The notes: generated by a model from the letters alone, not told the origin. A stretch of DNA of 64,000 bases from an uncultured Eubacteriales bacterium (GCA_905207625.1 CAJLLT010000003.1:43924-107923), one strand, 5' to 3'; numbered from the stretch's first letter, positions 43,150-51,699 are shown. Translations and numbers: made by a program.

Positions 43150-43470
43150 TCATATCAGCGGTTGGATCATCTGCATGAGTTCCGCCTTATTTTTGAACCC
43201 GACGGATGTTTCGGCGATTTCACCGTCTTTGAAAAGAATAAGGGTCGGGATGCTCATTATTCCGAATTTTGCCGCGAGATCCCTGTTTTCGTCCACGTTT
43301 ACCTTACCCACGGTCAGCTTTCCTTCGCATTGCTGCGCGATGTCAGCCACTACGGGGCCGAGCATTTTGCAGGGTCCGCACCAGGGTGCCCAGAAATCCA
43401 CCAGTACCGGTGTACCGGAGGAGTATACCTCGGATTCGAAATTTTCTTCATTCAAAATGATTTCAGCCAT
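43150..43470 (-). CDS. trxA: Thioredoxin
   Basis: 106 aa with active site WAPWCGPCK. Confidence 0.95.
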   Translation of the reverse strand: MAEIILNEENFESEVYSSGTPVLVDFWAPWCGPCKMLGPVVADIAQQCEGKLTVGKVNVDENRDLAAKFGIMSIPTLILFKDGEIAETSVGFKNKAELMQMIQPLI

Positions 43471-43591
43471 GACTGCATCCTCCTTGTCTGTTTTTCATTA
43501 TGTGCATTACTTCCCGGAATATACTCCGCGATGGATGTCTATATCCGCAATTCCGGGTCTTTCCGTATGGCAGGAATATATTCCCGGAACG

Positions 43592-43620
43592 ATTATAGCA
43601 TTTTCTCCGAGGATTGTCAA
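43592..43620 (-). promoter_or_regulatory. Perfect consensus promoter for trx-rubrerythrin (minus strand)
   Basis: On the minus strand: TTGACA (43620-43615), 17 bp, TATAAT (43597-43592). Leader of about 115 nt. Confidence 0.7.
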
Positions 43621-43654
43621 GAACCGGGGTTGGTGTAAAATAAACAACAAGAAG

Positions 43655-43670
43655 GTTAGTGTGTGCTAAC
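43655..43670 (+). promoter_or_regulatory. Dyad site S1 (GTTAGT-GTGT-GCTAAC)
   Basis: Copy 1 of six GTTAGY-N4-GCTAAY dyads. Lies between the divergent trx and feo promoters. Confidence 0.55.
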
Positions 43671-43725
43671 TCTTTGGGCAGACTGCCGAATTTGTTAAAA
43701 AATCGGAAAATGAAGGAAAAACCTA

Positions 43726-43754
43726 TTGACAAACCCGCGTTTCTATAGTATAAT
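43726..43754 (+). promoter_or_regulatory. Perfect consensus promoter of the feo operon
   Basis: TTGACA (43726-43731), 17 bp, TATAAT (43749-43754). Confidence 0.75.
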
Positions 43755-43762
43755 ACGAGTCG

Positions 43763-43880
43763 GTTAGCGGAAGCTAATCAATTTTAAAGGTTTATGGTTA
43801 GTCGGTGCTAATTATTTTTTAAGGGTTCGGGTTAGCTTTTGCTAATCATTTTGTTTCCCGGCGGGTTAGCACCTGCTAAT
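43763..43880 (+). promoter_or_regulatory. Array of four phased dyads S2-S5 (34-bp period) in the feo initial transcribed region and 5' UTR
   Basis: GTTAGCGGAAGCTAAT (43763), GTTAGTCGGTGCTAAT (43797), GTTAGCTTTTGCTAAT (43831) and GTTAGCACCTGCTAAT (43865). The start-to-start distance is exactly 34 bp, three times. Confidence 0.6.
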
Positions 43881-43898
43881 TGAAAGGGAGGGATTCGT

Positions 43899-44111
43899 AT
43901 GATGCCGCTCTGTCTGGCAGACGTGGGAGAGGAAAACATCATAAGAAAGATCGGCGGAAGCCCGGAGATAAAAAAACATCTTGAAAATCTGGGGTTTGTC
44001 GTCGGCGGAACAGTGACCGTGGTCAACACTCTTGCGGGTAACGTGATAGTGAATGTCAAAGAATCCAGGGTTGCCATAAGCGAAGAAATGGCAAGGAAGA
44101 TAATGGTATGA
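43899..44111 (+). CDS. feoA: FeoA family protein (copy 1)
   Basis: 70 aa SH3-like FeoA pattern (L.....G....I..I.G.......L...G...G....V). SD GGGAGGG upstream. Confidence 0.9.
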   Translation: MMPLCLADVGEENIIRKIGGSPEIKKHLENLGFVVGGTVTVVNTLAGNVIVNVKESRVAISEEMARKIMV

Positions 44112-44159
44112 CCCGGAGCTCCCGGTGAACAAGTAATTTATTTAAGGAGGATACAGGCA

Positions 44160-44381
44160 ATGAAGACTCTAAGACAGGCGGAAGTCGGGCAGACCGTAAA
44201 GGTAGTCAGACTTCACGGCGAGGGCGCGGTGAAGCGTCGTATTATGGATATGGGCCTGACAAAAGGTGTTGAGGTTTACGTCCGTAAAGTGGCGCCTCTC
44301 GGAGATCCCATAGAGCTGACTGTCCGCGGATATGAGCTTTCGCTGAGAAAAGCCGATGCGGAAATGGTAGAGGTTGAGTAA
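44160..44381 (+). CDS. feoA: FeoA family protein (copy 2)
   Basis: 73 aa (LRQAEVGQTVKVVRLHGEGAVKRRIMDMGLTKGVEVYV...). SD AAGGAGG upstream. Confidence 0.9.
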   Translation: MKTLRQAEVGQTVKVVRLHGEGAVKRRIMDMGLTKGVEVYVRKVAPLGDPIELTVRGYELSLRKADAEMVEVE

Positions 44382-44424
44382 GACCGTATGGGGAAGGAGG
44401 CTTCCCGTATTTTTGAGATCAGCG

Positions 44425-44440
44425 GTTAGCAAAAGCTAAT
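44425..44440 (+). promoter_or_regulatory. Dyad site S6 (GTTAGC-AAAA-GCTAAT) between feoA2 and feoB
   Basis: Same 16-mer as S1-S5. Ends 6 nt before the feoB SD AAGGAG, mirroring S5, which ends 5 nt before the feoA1 SD. Confidence 0.55.
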
Positions 44441-44454
44441 TGCGGTAAGGAGAA

Positions 44455-46968
44455 ATGCAAGAAATGGAACTGAAAATTGCCCTTGCGGGTAACCCGAACA
44501 GCGGTAAGACCACACTGTTCAACGCTCTTACCGGCTCCAACCAGTTCGTAGGTAACTGGCCCGGTGTAACGGTGGAGAAAAAGGAAGGTAAACTCAAGAA
44601 ACACGATGACGTGAAAATAGTTGACCTTCCCGGTATATACTCTCTTTCCCCCTATACTCTGGAGGAAGTTGTTGCAAGAAATTATCTTATAAGCGAAAGA
44701 CCGAATGCCATCCTCAATATTATCGACGGTACCAACCTGGAAAGAAACCTGTACCTGACCACTCAGCTGGTGGAACTCGGTATCCCGGTTGTCATAGCCA
44801 TCAACATGATGGACGTTGTCCGCAAGAACGGCGACAAGATAGATACTGCTGAGCTTTCCCGTCAGCTCGGATGCAAGATAGTTGAGATCTCCGCGCTTAA
44901 AGGAACCGGTATCATGGAGGCTGCCGAAGCTGCCATTGACGCCGCGAAGAATGGCAAGACCATTCCCCAGCATAGCTTTTCCGGCTGTGTTGAGCATGCC
45001 ATTGCCCATATTGAGGAGGCAGCAGTTCACGGGCTTCCCGAGGAGCAGCAGAGATGGTATGCCATAAAGATTTTCGAGCGTGACGACAAGGTTCTCGGTT
45101 CCCTGAACATAAAGAAAGAGACCCTTGATCATATCGAACAGGATATCAAGGCTGCCGAAAAAGAGCTTGACGATGACGCCGAATCTATCATAACCAATGA
45201 AAGATACGTTTACATAGCGTCCATAATCAAGTCCTGCTATAAGAAAAAGAATGTAGGAAAGCTTTCCGCTTCCGATAAAATAGACCGTGTCGTCACTAAC
45301 CGCTGGCTGGGTCTTCCCATATTTGCGGTAATCATGTTCCTGGTTTATTATCTGTCCATGGTAACTGTAGGCGCGTCTGCCACAGACTGGGCAAACGACG
45401 GACTTTTCGGTGACGGTTGGCATCTGCTGGGCATAGGCTCAAAGCAGTATGAGGAAGTTTCCGGTGAATACGAAGACGCCCTCAATGCCATAAACGGTTT
45501 TGTTGAGATCGATCCCGAAGCGGAGGACTTTGATGCCGCCGCTGCCCTTGAAGCTATCAGAAACTTCAGACCCGAAAGCGACAATGCCACGGGTACGGTA
45601 ACGGTAGAGGATGAAGAGACCCTCGAACGTGCGGAAATGACTGTCTACTATTCCGAAATTCCCGAGTCGGTAAAGAATGATAAGGAAAACGACAGCTATA
45701 TTTCCGTGACCTATCTTGAAGCAAAGGAATACTTTGAGACCAAGAACAGTGAATTTGCAGCTCCTGATCCGGCGGATTACGGTGTCTGGGTTCCCGGTGT
45801 ACCGGTTCTTATCGGTACCGGTCTTGAGGCTGCCAATGCCCCCGAATGGCTGTCCGGACTTATCCTTGACGGTATAGTTGCCGGTGTCGGTGCGGTTCTC
45901 GGATTTGTTCCCCAGATGCTGGTTCTGTTCCTGCTGCTTGCATTCCTTGAAGCCTGCGGCTACATGGCCCGTATCGCTTTCGTTCTCGACCGTATATTCC
46001 GTAAGTTCGGTCTGTCCGGTAAGTCCTTTATTCCTATGCTTATCGGTACCGGCTGCGGTATTCCGGGTATTATGGCTTCCCGTACGATAGAAAACGAACG
46101 TGACCGTCGTATGACGATAATGACAACGACCTTTATACCCTGCGGCGCAAAAGTTCCCTTTATTGCAATGATTGCCGGCGCGCTTTTCGGCGGTTCTGCC
46201 TGGGTTGCGACCTCCGCATACTTTATCGGTATGGCGGCAATAATAGTTTCCGGTATCATGCTTAAAAAGACCAAGATGTTCTCCGGCGAACCCGCACCCT
46301 TCGTTATGGAGCTTCCCGCATATCACTGGCCGACGGTCGGAAACGTTCTCCGTTCCATGTGGGAGCGTGGCTGGTCCTTCATCAAGAAGGCCGGTACGGT
46401 CATTCTCCTGTCTACCATCTTTGTCTGGTTCACCACCTATTTCGGTTTTGTGGACGGAACCTTCCGTATGCTGTCCGAGGATGAACTGAATATGTCTATT
46501 CTTGCGGCTATCGGTTCCGCTATCGCCTGGATCTTCAAGCCTCTGGGCTGGGGCACCTGGCAGGCTGCCGTTGCCTCCATTACCGGACTTGTGGCGAAGG
46601 AAAACATCGTCGGTACAATGGGTATCCTTTATCCCGAAGGCTGGCCCGAGATCGCACAGGCATTCAACGGCATCACCGGATATTCTTTCCTGGTATTCAA
46701 TCTGCTGTGCGCACCTTGCTTTGCAGCCATCGGTGCTATCAAGCGTGAAATGAACAGTGCCAAATGGACCTGGTTTGCCATTGGTTATCAGTGCGGATTT
46801 GCGTATGCTATTGCCCTCATGATAAATCAGTTCGGCGGACTGTTCACCGGCAATGTAAATGTTATCGGTCTTATCTTCTCCGTGGCTATCCTTGCGGGTA
46901 TGATCTATATGCTGGTCCGTCCTTATAAGGAAGCAACGAAGCTGACGGCCAAAGTGAAGGTAAAATAA
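44455..46968 (+). CDS. feoB: Ferrous iron transporter FeoB (with about 140-aa acidic extracytoplasmic insert)
   Basis: 837 aa. G-domain motifs GNPNSGKTT, DLPG and NMMD, and a polytopic C-terminal domain. Alternative ATG at 44464. Confidence 0.93.
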   Translation: MQEMELKIALAGNPNSGKTTLFNALTGSNQFVGNWPGVTVEKKEGKLKKHDDVKIVDLPGIYSLSPYTLEEVVARNYLISERPNAILNIIDGTNLERNLYLTTQLVELGIPVVIAINMMDVVRKNGDKIDTAELSRQLGCKIVEISALKGTGIMEAAEAAIDAAKNGKTIPQHSFSGCVEHAIAHIEEAAVHGLPEEQQRWYAIKIFERDDKVLGSLNIKKETLDHIEQDIKAAEKELDDDAESIITNERYVYIASIIKSCYKKKNVGKLSASDKIDRVVTNRWLGLPIFAVIMFLVYYLSMVTVGASATDWANDGLFGDGWHLLGIGSKQYEEVSGEYEDALNAINGFVEIDPEAEDFDAAAALEAIRNFRPESDNATGTVTVEDEETLERAEMTVYYSEIPESVKNDKENDSYISVTYLEAKEYFETKNSEFAAPDPADYGVWVPGVPVLIGTGLEAANAPEWLSGLILDGIVAGVGAVLGFVPQMLVLFLLLAFLEACGYMARIAFVLDRIFRKFGLSGKSFIPMLIGTGCGIPGIMASRTIENERDRRMTIMTTTFIPCGAKVPFIAMIAGALFGGSAWVATSAYFIGMAAIIVSGIMLKKTKMFSGEPAPFVMELPAYHWPTVGNVLRSMWERGWSFIKKAGTVILLSTIFVWFTTYFGFVDGTFRMLSEDELNMSILAAIGSAIAWIFKPLGWGTWQAAVASITGLVAKENIVGTMGILYPEGWPEIAQAFNGITGYSFLVFNLLCAPCFAAIGAIKREMNSAKWTWFAIGYQCGFAYAIALMINQFGGLFTGNVNVIGLIFSVAILAGMIYMLVRPYKEATKLTAKVKVK

Positions 46969-46997
46969 CAGTCACAGCGTGAAAGGAGTCGGTCTTT

Positions 46998-47171
46998 ATG
47001 TTTGCCTGGATAACGGCAAATCTGGCAACCATCATAATTTGTCTGGTACTTATACTTATTGTGGCAGCGATAATCGTCGGCCTGGTCAAGGATAAGAAAA
47101 AAGGCAAATCCACTTGTGGATGCAACTGTGCCCACTGCGCAATGGCGGGCTCCTGCCACAAAAAGAAATGA
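46998..47171 (+). CDS. FeoB-associated Cys-rich small membrane protein
   Basis: 57 aa, below the track cutoff: MFAWITANLATIIICLVLILIVAAIIVGLVKDKKKGKSTCGCNCAHCAMAGSCHKKK. One TM helix plus a Cys cluster. SD AAAGGAG lies 9 nt upstream. Position directly after feoB fits. Confidence 0.7.
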   Translation: MFAWITANLATIIICLVLILIVAAIIVGLVKDKKKGKSTCGCNCAHCAMAGSCHKKK

Positions 47172-47176
47172 CACGC

Positions 47177-47204
47177 AGGGAGCGCAACGAAAGTTTGCGC
47201 TCCC
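47177..47204 (+). terminator. Hairpin terminator between the feo genes and the regulator gene
   Basis: AGGGAGCGCAA-CGAAAG-TTGCGCTCCCT followed by TATTT. Only about 24 nt separate it from ATG 47229. Confidence 0.65.
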
Positions 47205-47228
47205 TTATTTCAGGAGAGGAGGTAAGCG

Positions 47229-47621
47229 ATGGCTAACCAAAAAAACCTTACTCCGTCCAATATCAGGTATCTGCTTGCCATGAAGCAATTGGACAAGAAC
47301 GGTTCCGGAGTCCGGAGCGTGGATATTGCCACTTGCCTGGGACTGTCAAGACCGAGTGTCCATAACATGATGAAGACCCTCATTGAAATGGGCTTTATCA
47401 GAAAAACGGCTTACGGTGTTGCCTTTCTGACGGAAGAGGGAGAGCAGACCGCACGGAGATACGGAAAGTATTATCTTTCGGTCTCGGAATTTCTCCGGGA
47501 CGGTTTTCCCGGGTTGAAGCCGGTATGTCCCGCTGTTTTTGCTCTTCTTGCGGAGATTCCGGAGACGGATCTTGAAAAGCTCTGCGACAGCAGACAGATG
47601 TCAGGTGAGGTTACAGTATAA
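47229..47621 (+). CDS. DtxR/MntR-family winged-helix regulator lacking canonical metal ligands
   Basis: 130 aa. Aligns with the MntR N-terminal half (PS...Y......L.......R..DIA..L....PSV..M...L...G.I.....G...LT..G) and helix ...EFL. Positions of MntR Asp8, Glu11 and His77 read Arg, Leu and Tyr. Confidence 0.75.
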   Translation: MANQKNLTPSNIRYLLAMKQLDKNGSGVRSVDIATCLGLSRPSVHNMMKTLIEMGFIRKTAYGVAFLTEEGEQTARRYGKYYLSVSEFLRDGFPGLKPVCPAVFALLAEIPETDLEKLCDSRQMSGEVTV

Positions 47622-47634
47622 AGGAGTTTCGGTT

Positions 47635-48336
47635 ATGGCAATAGTTGAATTCAAAAACGTAAGCCGTGTTTATACCAGCGGCGATCATGAGCTTAAAGCT
47701 CTGGATAATGTGAACATGACCCTTGATGAGGGGAAGTTTGTGGTTATTCTCGGCCCCAGCGGTGCGGGAAAAAGCACTTTGCTGAATCTTCTGGGAGGAC
47801 TTGACAGTCCCACGGAAGGAAAGATCCTGGTGGAGGGCAAGGATATTTCGGAGCTTTCAAACGACGAACTTGCGGAATACCGGGCGGCGAAGGTAGGGTT
47901 TGTTTTCCAGTTTTACAATCTCGTCCCGACACTGACCGTACACGAAAACGTTGCTTTGGTTAAAGATATTTCTCCGGATCCTCTTTCCGCCACGGAGATG
48001 ATAAAACAGGTCGGTCTTTCCGATCATCTCAAGAATTTTCCCGCCGAACTTTCCGGCGGCGAACAGCAGCGGGTTTCAATTGCCAGGGCTCTGGCAAAGA
48101 ATCCGAAAATTTTGCTTTGTGACGAACCCACCGGGGCTCTTGACTCCGAAACGGGGGTCGTTGTGCTGAAACTTTTGCTGAAAATGGCGAGGGATTACGG
48201 TAAAACCATAGTTATTGTAACACATAACCAGAATATTGCGAAAATGGCTGACGTTGTTATCCGGGTAAGAAACGGCCGGATCGTTTCACAGCAACAGCAG
48301 TCGGATCCCGCATCAGCCGACGATATCGAGTGGTAA
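47635..48336 (+). CDS. ABC transporter ATP-binding protein (MacB/FtsE/LolD type)
   Basis: 233 aa from ATG 47635, 13 nt after the regulator stop. Walker [10 protein letters not shown], signature LSGGEQQR, Walker [12 protein letters not shown]. Confidence 0.92.
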   Translation: MAIVEFKNVSRVYTSGDHELKALDNVNMTLDEGKFVVILGPSGAGKSTLLNLLGGLDSPTEGKILVEGKDISELSNDELAEYRAAKVGFVFQFYNLVPTLTVHENVALVKDISPDPLSATEMIKQVGLSDHLKNFPAELSGGEQQRVSIARALAKNPKILLCDEPTGALDSETGVVVLKLLLKMARDYGKTIVIVTHNQNIAKMADVVIRVRNGRIVSQQQQSDPASADDIEW

Positions 48337-48348
48337 GGGGGATAAGGT

Positions 48349-50628
48349 ATGCTCTTCAGAAAATTGTGGAGAACAATGGGTCTTTACAAAGCCCAGTTTA
48401 TCTCCATGATAATCATGATAGCCCTCGGTATAGGTATTTTCGTCGGTTTCAATATGGAATGGTACAGTATCGAAACGAATACCGGGAATTTTTTTGACCT
48501 TACCGGTTACGCCGATTACCGTATAATTTCCGAAAAAGGCTTCAGTCCGGAGCAACTTCAGAAAATATCCGGCATTGACGGAGTCGACGCTGCGGCAAGG
48601 TTTCTTGCGGTAAGCGCGGACGTGAAAGGGAGCAACGGAGACAGTGTTTCCCTTACCATCACCACCGATGAAAACGTTTCCGGATTTTTCCTTGTTGAAG
48701 GGGAAAAATACGATGCCGGCTGTGAAGACGGAATATGGCTTTCGGATAAGTTCGCTGCCGCCAACGGACTTTTTTTGGGGGATAATATTACCCTTACATA
48801 TAAAAACCTGGAAATAAGCGGAAAGATAAGGGGTCTTGTCAAGTCCGGAGAATATCTTGTCTGTGTCCGGGATTCAAGTCAGCTTATGCCGGATTATGAC
48901 ACCCACGGATTTGCATACATATCTCCCGCCATGTACCGGAAAGTCGCCGGATATGAGTTTTATCCTCAGATCCATGTGATCTCAGACATGGCAAAGAAAG
49001 ATTTTGTTGAGGCTGCCGACACCGCTCTCGGGAATACGGCGATGATACTTACGAAGGACGAATCCGCCTCATACTCCGCCGCAAACGGCGAGGCTGAAGA
49101 GGGAAAGACCATGGGTTCCATTCTTCCCGTTCTGTTTTTGCTTATTGCGGTGCTGACCATGGTCACGACCATGCACCGTCTTACCGCAAAGGAAAAGACG
49201 CAGATCGGGACTCTCAAAGCCCTGGGCTTCAAGGACAGGCGTATTCTTGCGCACTATACCTGCTACGCCTTCATGATAGGGCTTATAGGTTCCGCCATAG
49301 GTATAGCTCTCGGTTACGGAATAAGTTACTTTATAATGAATCCCAACGGGATGATGGGAACATATTTCGATATGCCGCAGTGGAATATGCCGCTCCCCTG
49401 GTTCTGCGGACTCGCCGTAATCGGGATAATCGGGCTTCTTACGCTCATAGGTCTGCTTTCCGTCAGACAAATGCTCAGGGGGACTGCGGCCGATGCCCTC
49501 CGTCCTTATTCCCCGAAAAAAATGAAGCCCATGCTTATAGAAAGAACGAAGTGGTTCCACCGCCTGGGATTCGGTACCCGGTGGAATATGCGGGACGTGA
49601 TAAGGCATAAATCCAGAACTGCCATGAGCCTTGTGGGTATTGTGGGCTGTACCGTCCTGATTGTCGGATCTTTGGGCATGAGGGATACTATGGATGAATT
49701 CCTCAATCTTTATTATGACGGGGCGACCAATTATTCTTCCCGTATATTCCTTTCCGAGGAGGCTACTCCCGAACAGCGCCGGCAGATCATCGACGAATAT
49801 GACGGAGACTGGAGCAGCTCGGTAAGTGTCCAGATAGAAGAGAAAGCGGTTTCCCTTGATATTTACGGAGTTGAACACGATAAGGTCCGTTTCCCGGGAC
49901 AGAAGTCGGGGTATACCCGCATCGGTGATGACGGGGCGTATATCTGCGTCCGGATAGCCGATGAATTCGGTCTTTCGGCGGGCGATGTGTTTATCCTCAG
50001 TCCCTACGGCTCTGAGGACAGTTATACCGTAAAGGTCGCCGGTGTGATACGGAGTGTTTCGGAGAGTATAGTCATAAGTCCTGCGTACGCCGATTCCCTC
50101 GGTCTGGCATACTCTGCCGATTCGGTCTATACCGATACGGCAAAGGAGAATATAAAAACCGACGGGGCGGTCAAAAGCGTTCAGTCCAAGCAGATGATAA
50201 TGGATTCCTTTGATACTTTTACCGAGCTGATGGATTCCATGATAATAGTTCTTGTGGTCGGTGCTCTTATACTCGGTGTTGTCGTCCTTTACAATCTCGG
50301 TGTAATGAGTTATACCGAAAGATACAGAGAAATGGCTACACTTAAAGTTGTTGGATTCAAAGACCGGAAGATAGGGAGCCTCCTTGTGGGACAGAATCTG
50401 TGGCTGAGCCTTATTGGTGTCATTATAGGACTTCCTGCCGGAATAGGTGTTTTGGACTATCTGCTGAAGGCTCTTGCCGGCGAATATGAAATGAAGCTGG
50501 CGATAAGCCCGCTGAGTATAGCTGTAAGTGTAGTTCTTACTTTCGGGATGTCTTTGCTGGTAAGCCTCATGGTTGCCCGTAAGAATAAGCACATAGACAT
50601 GGTGGAAGCCCTGAAGGGTGCGGAGTGA
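48349..50628 (+). CDS. ABC transporter permease with two FtsX domains (MacB-like)
   Basis: 759 aa. Two 4-TM FtsX-type modules (TLKALGF.DR..., TLKVVGFKDR...) separated by large extracytoplasmic domains. Confidence 0.88.
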   Translation: MLFRKLWRTMGLYKAQFISMIIMIALGIGIFVGFNMEWYSIETNTGNFFDLTGYADYRIISEKGFSPEQLQKISGIDGVDAAARFLAVSADVKGSNGDSVSLTITTDENVSGFFLVEGEKYDAGCEDGIWLSDKFAAANGLFLGDNITLTYKNLEISGKIRGLVKSGEYLVCVRDSSQLMPDYDTHGFAYISPAMYRKVAGYEFYPQIHVISDMAKKDFVEAADTALGNTAMILTKDESASYSAANGEAEEGKTMGSILPVLFLLIAVLTMVTTMHRLTAKEKTQIGTLKALGFKDRRILAHYTCYAFMIGLIGSAIGIALGYGISYFIMNPNGMMGTYFDMPQWNMPLPWFCGLAVIGIIGLLTLIGLLSVRQMLRGTAADALRPYSPKKMKPMLIERTKWFHRLGFGTRWNMRDVIRHKSRTAMSLVGIVGCTVLIVGSLGMRDTMDEFLNLYYDGATNYSSRIFLSEEATPEQRRQIIDEYDGDWSSSVSVQIEEKAVSLDIYGVEHDKVRFPGQKSGYTRIGDDGAYICVRIADEFGLSAGDVFILSPYGSEDSYTVKVAGVIRSVSESIVISPAYADSLGLAYSADSVYTDTAKENIKTDGAVKSVQSKQMIMDSFDTFTELMDSMIIVLVVGALILGVVVLYNLGVMSYTERYREMATLKVVGFKDRKIGSLLVGQNLWLSLIGVIIGLPAGIGVLDYLLKALAGEYEMKLAISPLSIAVSVVLTFGMSLLVSLMVARKNKHIDMVEALKGAE

Positions 50629-50684
50629 TCTGAAAAATATTTCCGGGGAAAAAGTTTTCCCCGGTGAGAAAGAAGGAACATAAA

Positions 50685-50951
50685 ATGGTTAGAATGACGC
50701 TTAAGATCGACGGAATGATGTGTCAGATGTGCCAGAGTCACGTCAATGATCTTATCCGACGGGATTTTGATGTAAAAAAGGTTTCTTCGTCTTTTTCAAA
50801 GGGAGAAGCCGTAATTATCTGCAAAGAGCCTCTTGACGAGGGGAAGCTGCGCAAGTCTCTGGAGGGGATAGGGTATAAACTGCTCTCCTGCACAACAGAG
50901 CCTGAAGAGGAAAAGCACGGTTTCCTGGGATTATTCGGCATGAAAAAATAG
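50685..50951 (+). CDS. Heavy-metal-associated (HMA) domain protein
   Basis: 88 aa from ATG 50685. MTLKIDGMMCQMCQSHV contains the GMxCxxC metal-binding loop of the ferredoxin-like HMA fold. Confidence 0.8.
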   Translation: MVRMTLKIDGMMCQMCQSHVNDLIRRDFDVKKVSSSFSKGEAVIICKEPLDEGKLRKSLEGIGYKLLSCTTEPEEEKHGFLGLFGMKK

Positions 50952-51063
50952 AGTATTCCATGACTCCGGCTGAATCTTCCGGTTGCTGCGGATACCCGGA
51001 TGCGTGCCATATGTCAAAGAGTTTTCCTCGTGCCTTCAGGTCTGAGCCGGCACGGGGAAAATA

Positions 51064-51699
51064 TTATTTTATTCCGTTGATATCGCCGCTCTGTATTGCG
51101 GCTATGTTTTTCTTTATCCTTTCCTCGTTCCAGTCCCACCAACGCATCCGCAGAAGTTCCGACACCGTTTCTCCGTCGAAACGTTTGCGTATCGGCCTTG
51201 CGGGAATTCCGGCAACGATGGTATACGGTTCGACGTCACGGGTCACAATGGCTCTTGTGCCTATCACAGCTCCGTCTCCGATTGTGACTCCCGCCATTAT
51301 AACCGCCTCGTAGCCGATCCATACGTCGTTGCCTATAACGATATCGCCCTTGTTATCCCATGCTCCGGATATGGAGCCGGGGTCCGCCGGCAGTCCCCAT
51401 TCCTCAAAGAAAATGGGGAACGGATATGTGGAAAGACTGCCCAATACGTGATTTGCGGCATTGAATATAAACTTTGCGCCGCAGGCAATGGAGCAGAATT
51501 TTCCTATCTTCAGCCGGTCATTGTTGCATTCCGGATAATGGTAAAGGACGTTGTTCCGTTGAAAATCTCTGGGGTCGTTGACAAAATCGTCGTAAGTGGT
51601 GTACTCTCCGACTTCAATTGAAGGATCGTTTATCACCTTGTTCAGATAAACCGTGGTTTTCCCCTGTGAACGGGGATATATTTTCCAGTCCGGTATCAT
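51064..51699 (-). CDS. Vat-family (XAT hexapeptide) streptogramin A O-acetyltransferase-like protein
   Basis: 211 aa. Recalled Vat/XAT pattern: VEVGEYT.YD, ILYHYP..NDRLKIGKFCSIA, ANH...STYPF, hexapeptide repeats, WWDW tail. Confidence 0.8.
   Translation of the reverse strand: MIPDWKIYPRSQGKTTVYLNKVINDPSIEVGEYTTYDDFVNDPRDFQRNNVLYHYPECNNDRLKIGKFCSIACGAKFIFNAANHVLGSLSTYPFPIFFEEWGLPADPGSISGAWDNKGDIVIGNDVWIGYEAVIMAGVTIGDGAVIGTRAIVTRDVEPYTIVAGIPARPIRKRFDGETVSELLRMRWWDWNEERIKKNIAAIQSGDINGIK

Noticed and set aside
43763-43880. 34-bp periodic repeats considered as a mini CRISPR array
   Set aside because: There are only four units. The conserved part is a 16-bp dyad with a variable centre, the 18-bp intervening segments are T-rich and partly similar to each other, and no cas genes are present. 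The location in a promoter and leader argues for regulation.
49069-50592. 507-aa minus-strand ORF opposite the FtsX-type permease
   Set aside because: Shadow ORF. The plus-strand product has two canonical FtsX modules and follows its ATPase by 12 nt. The same applies to 31209..32588, 44419..45423 and 45439..46326.
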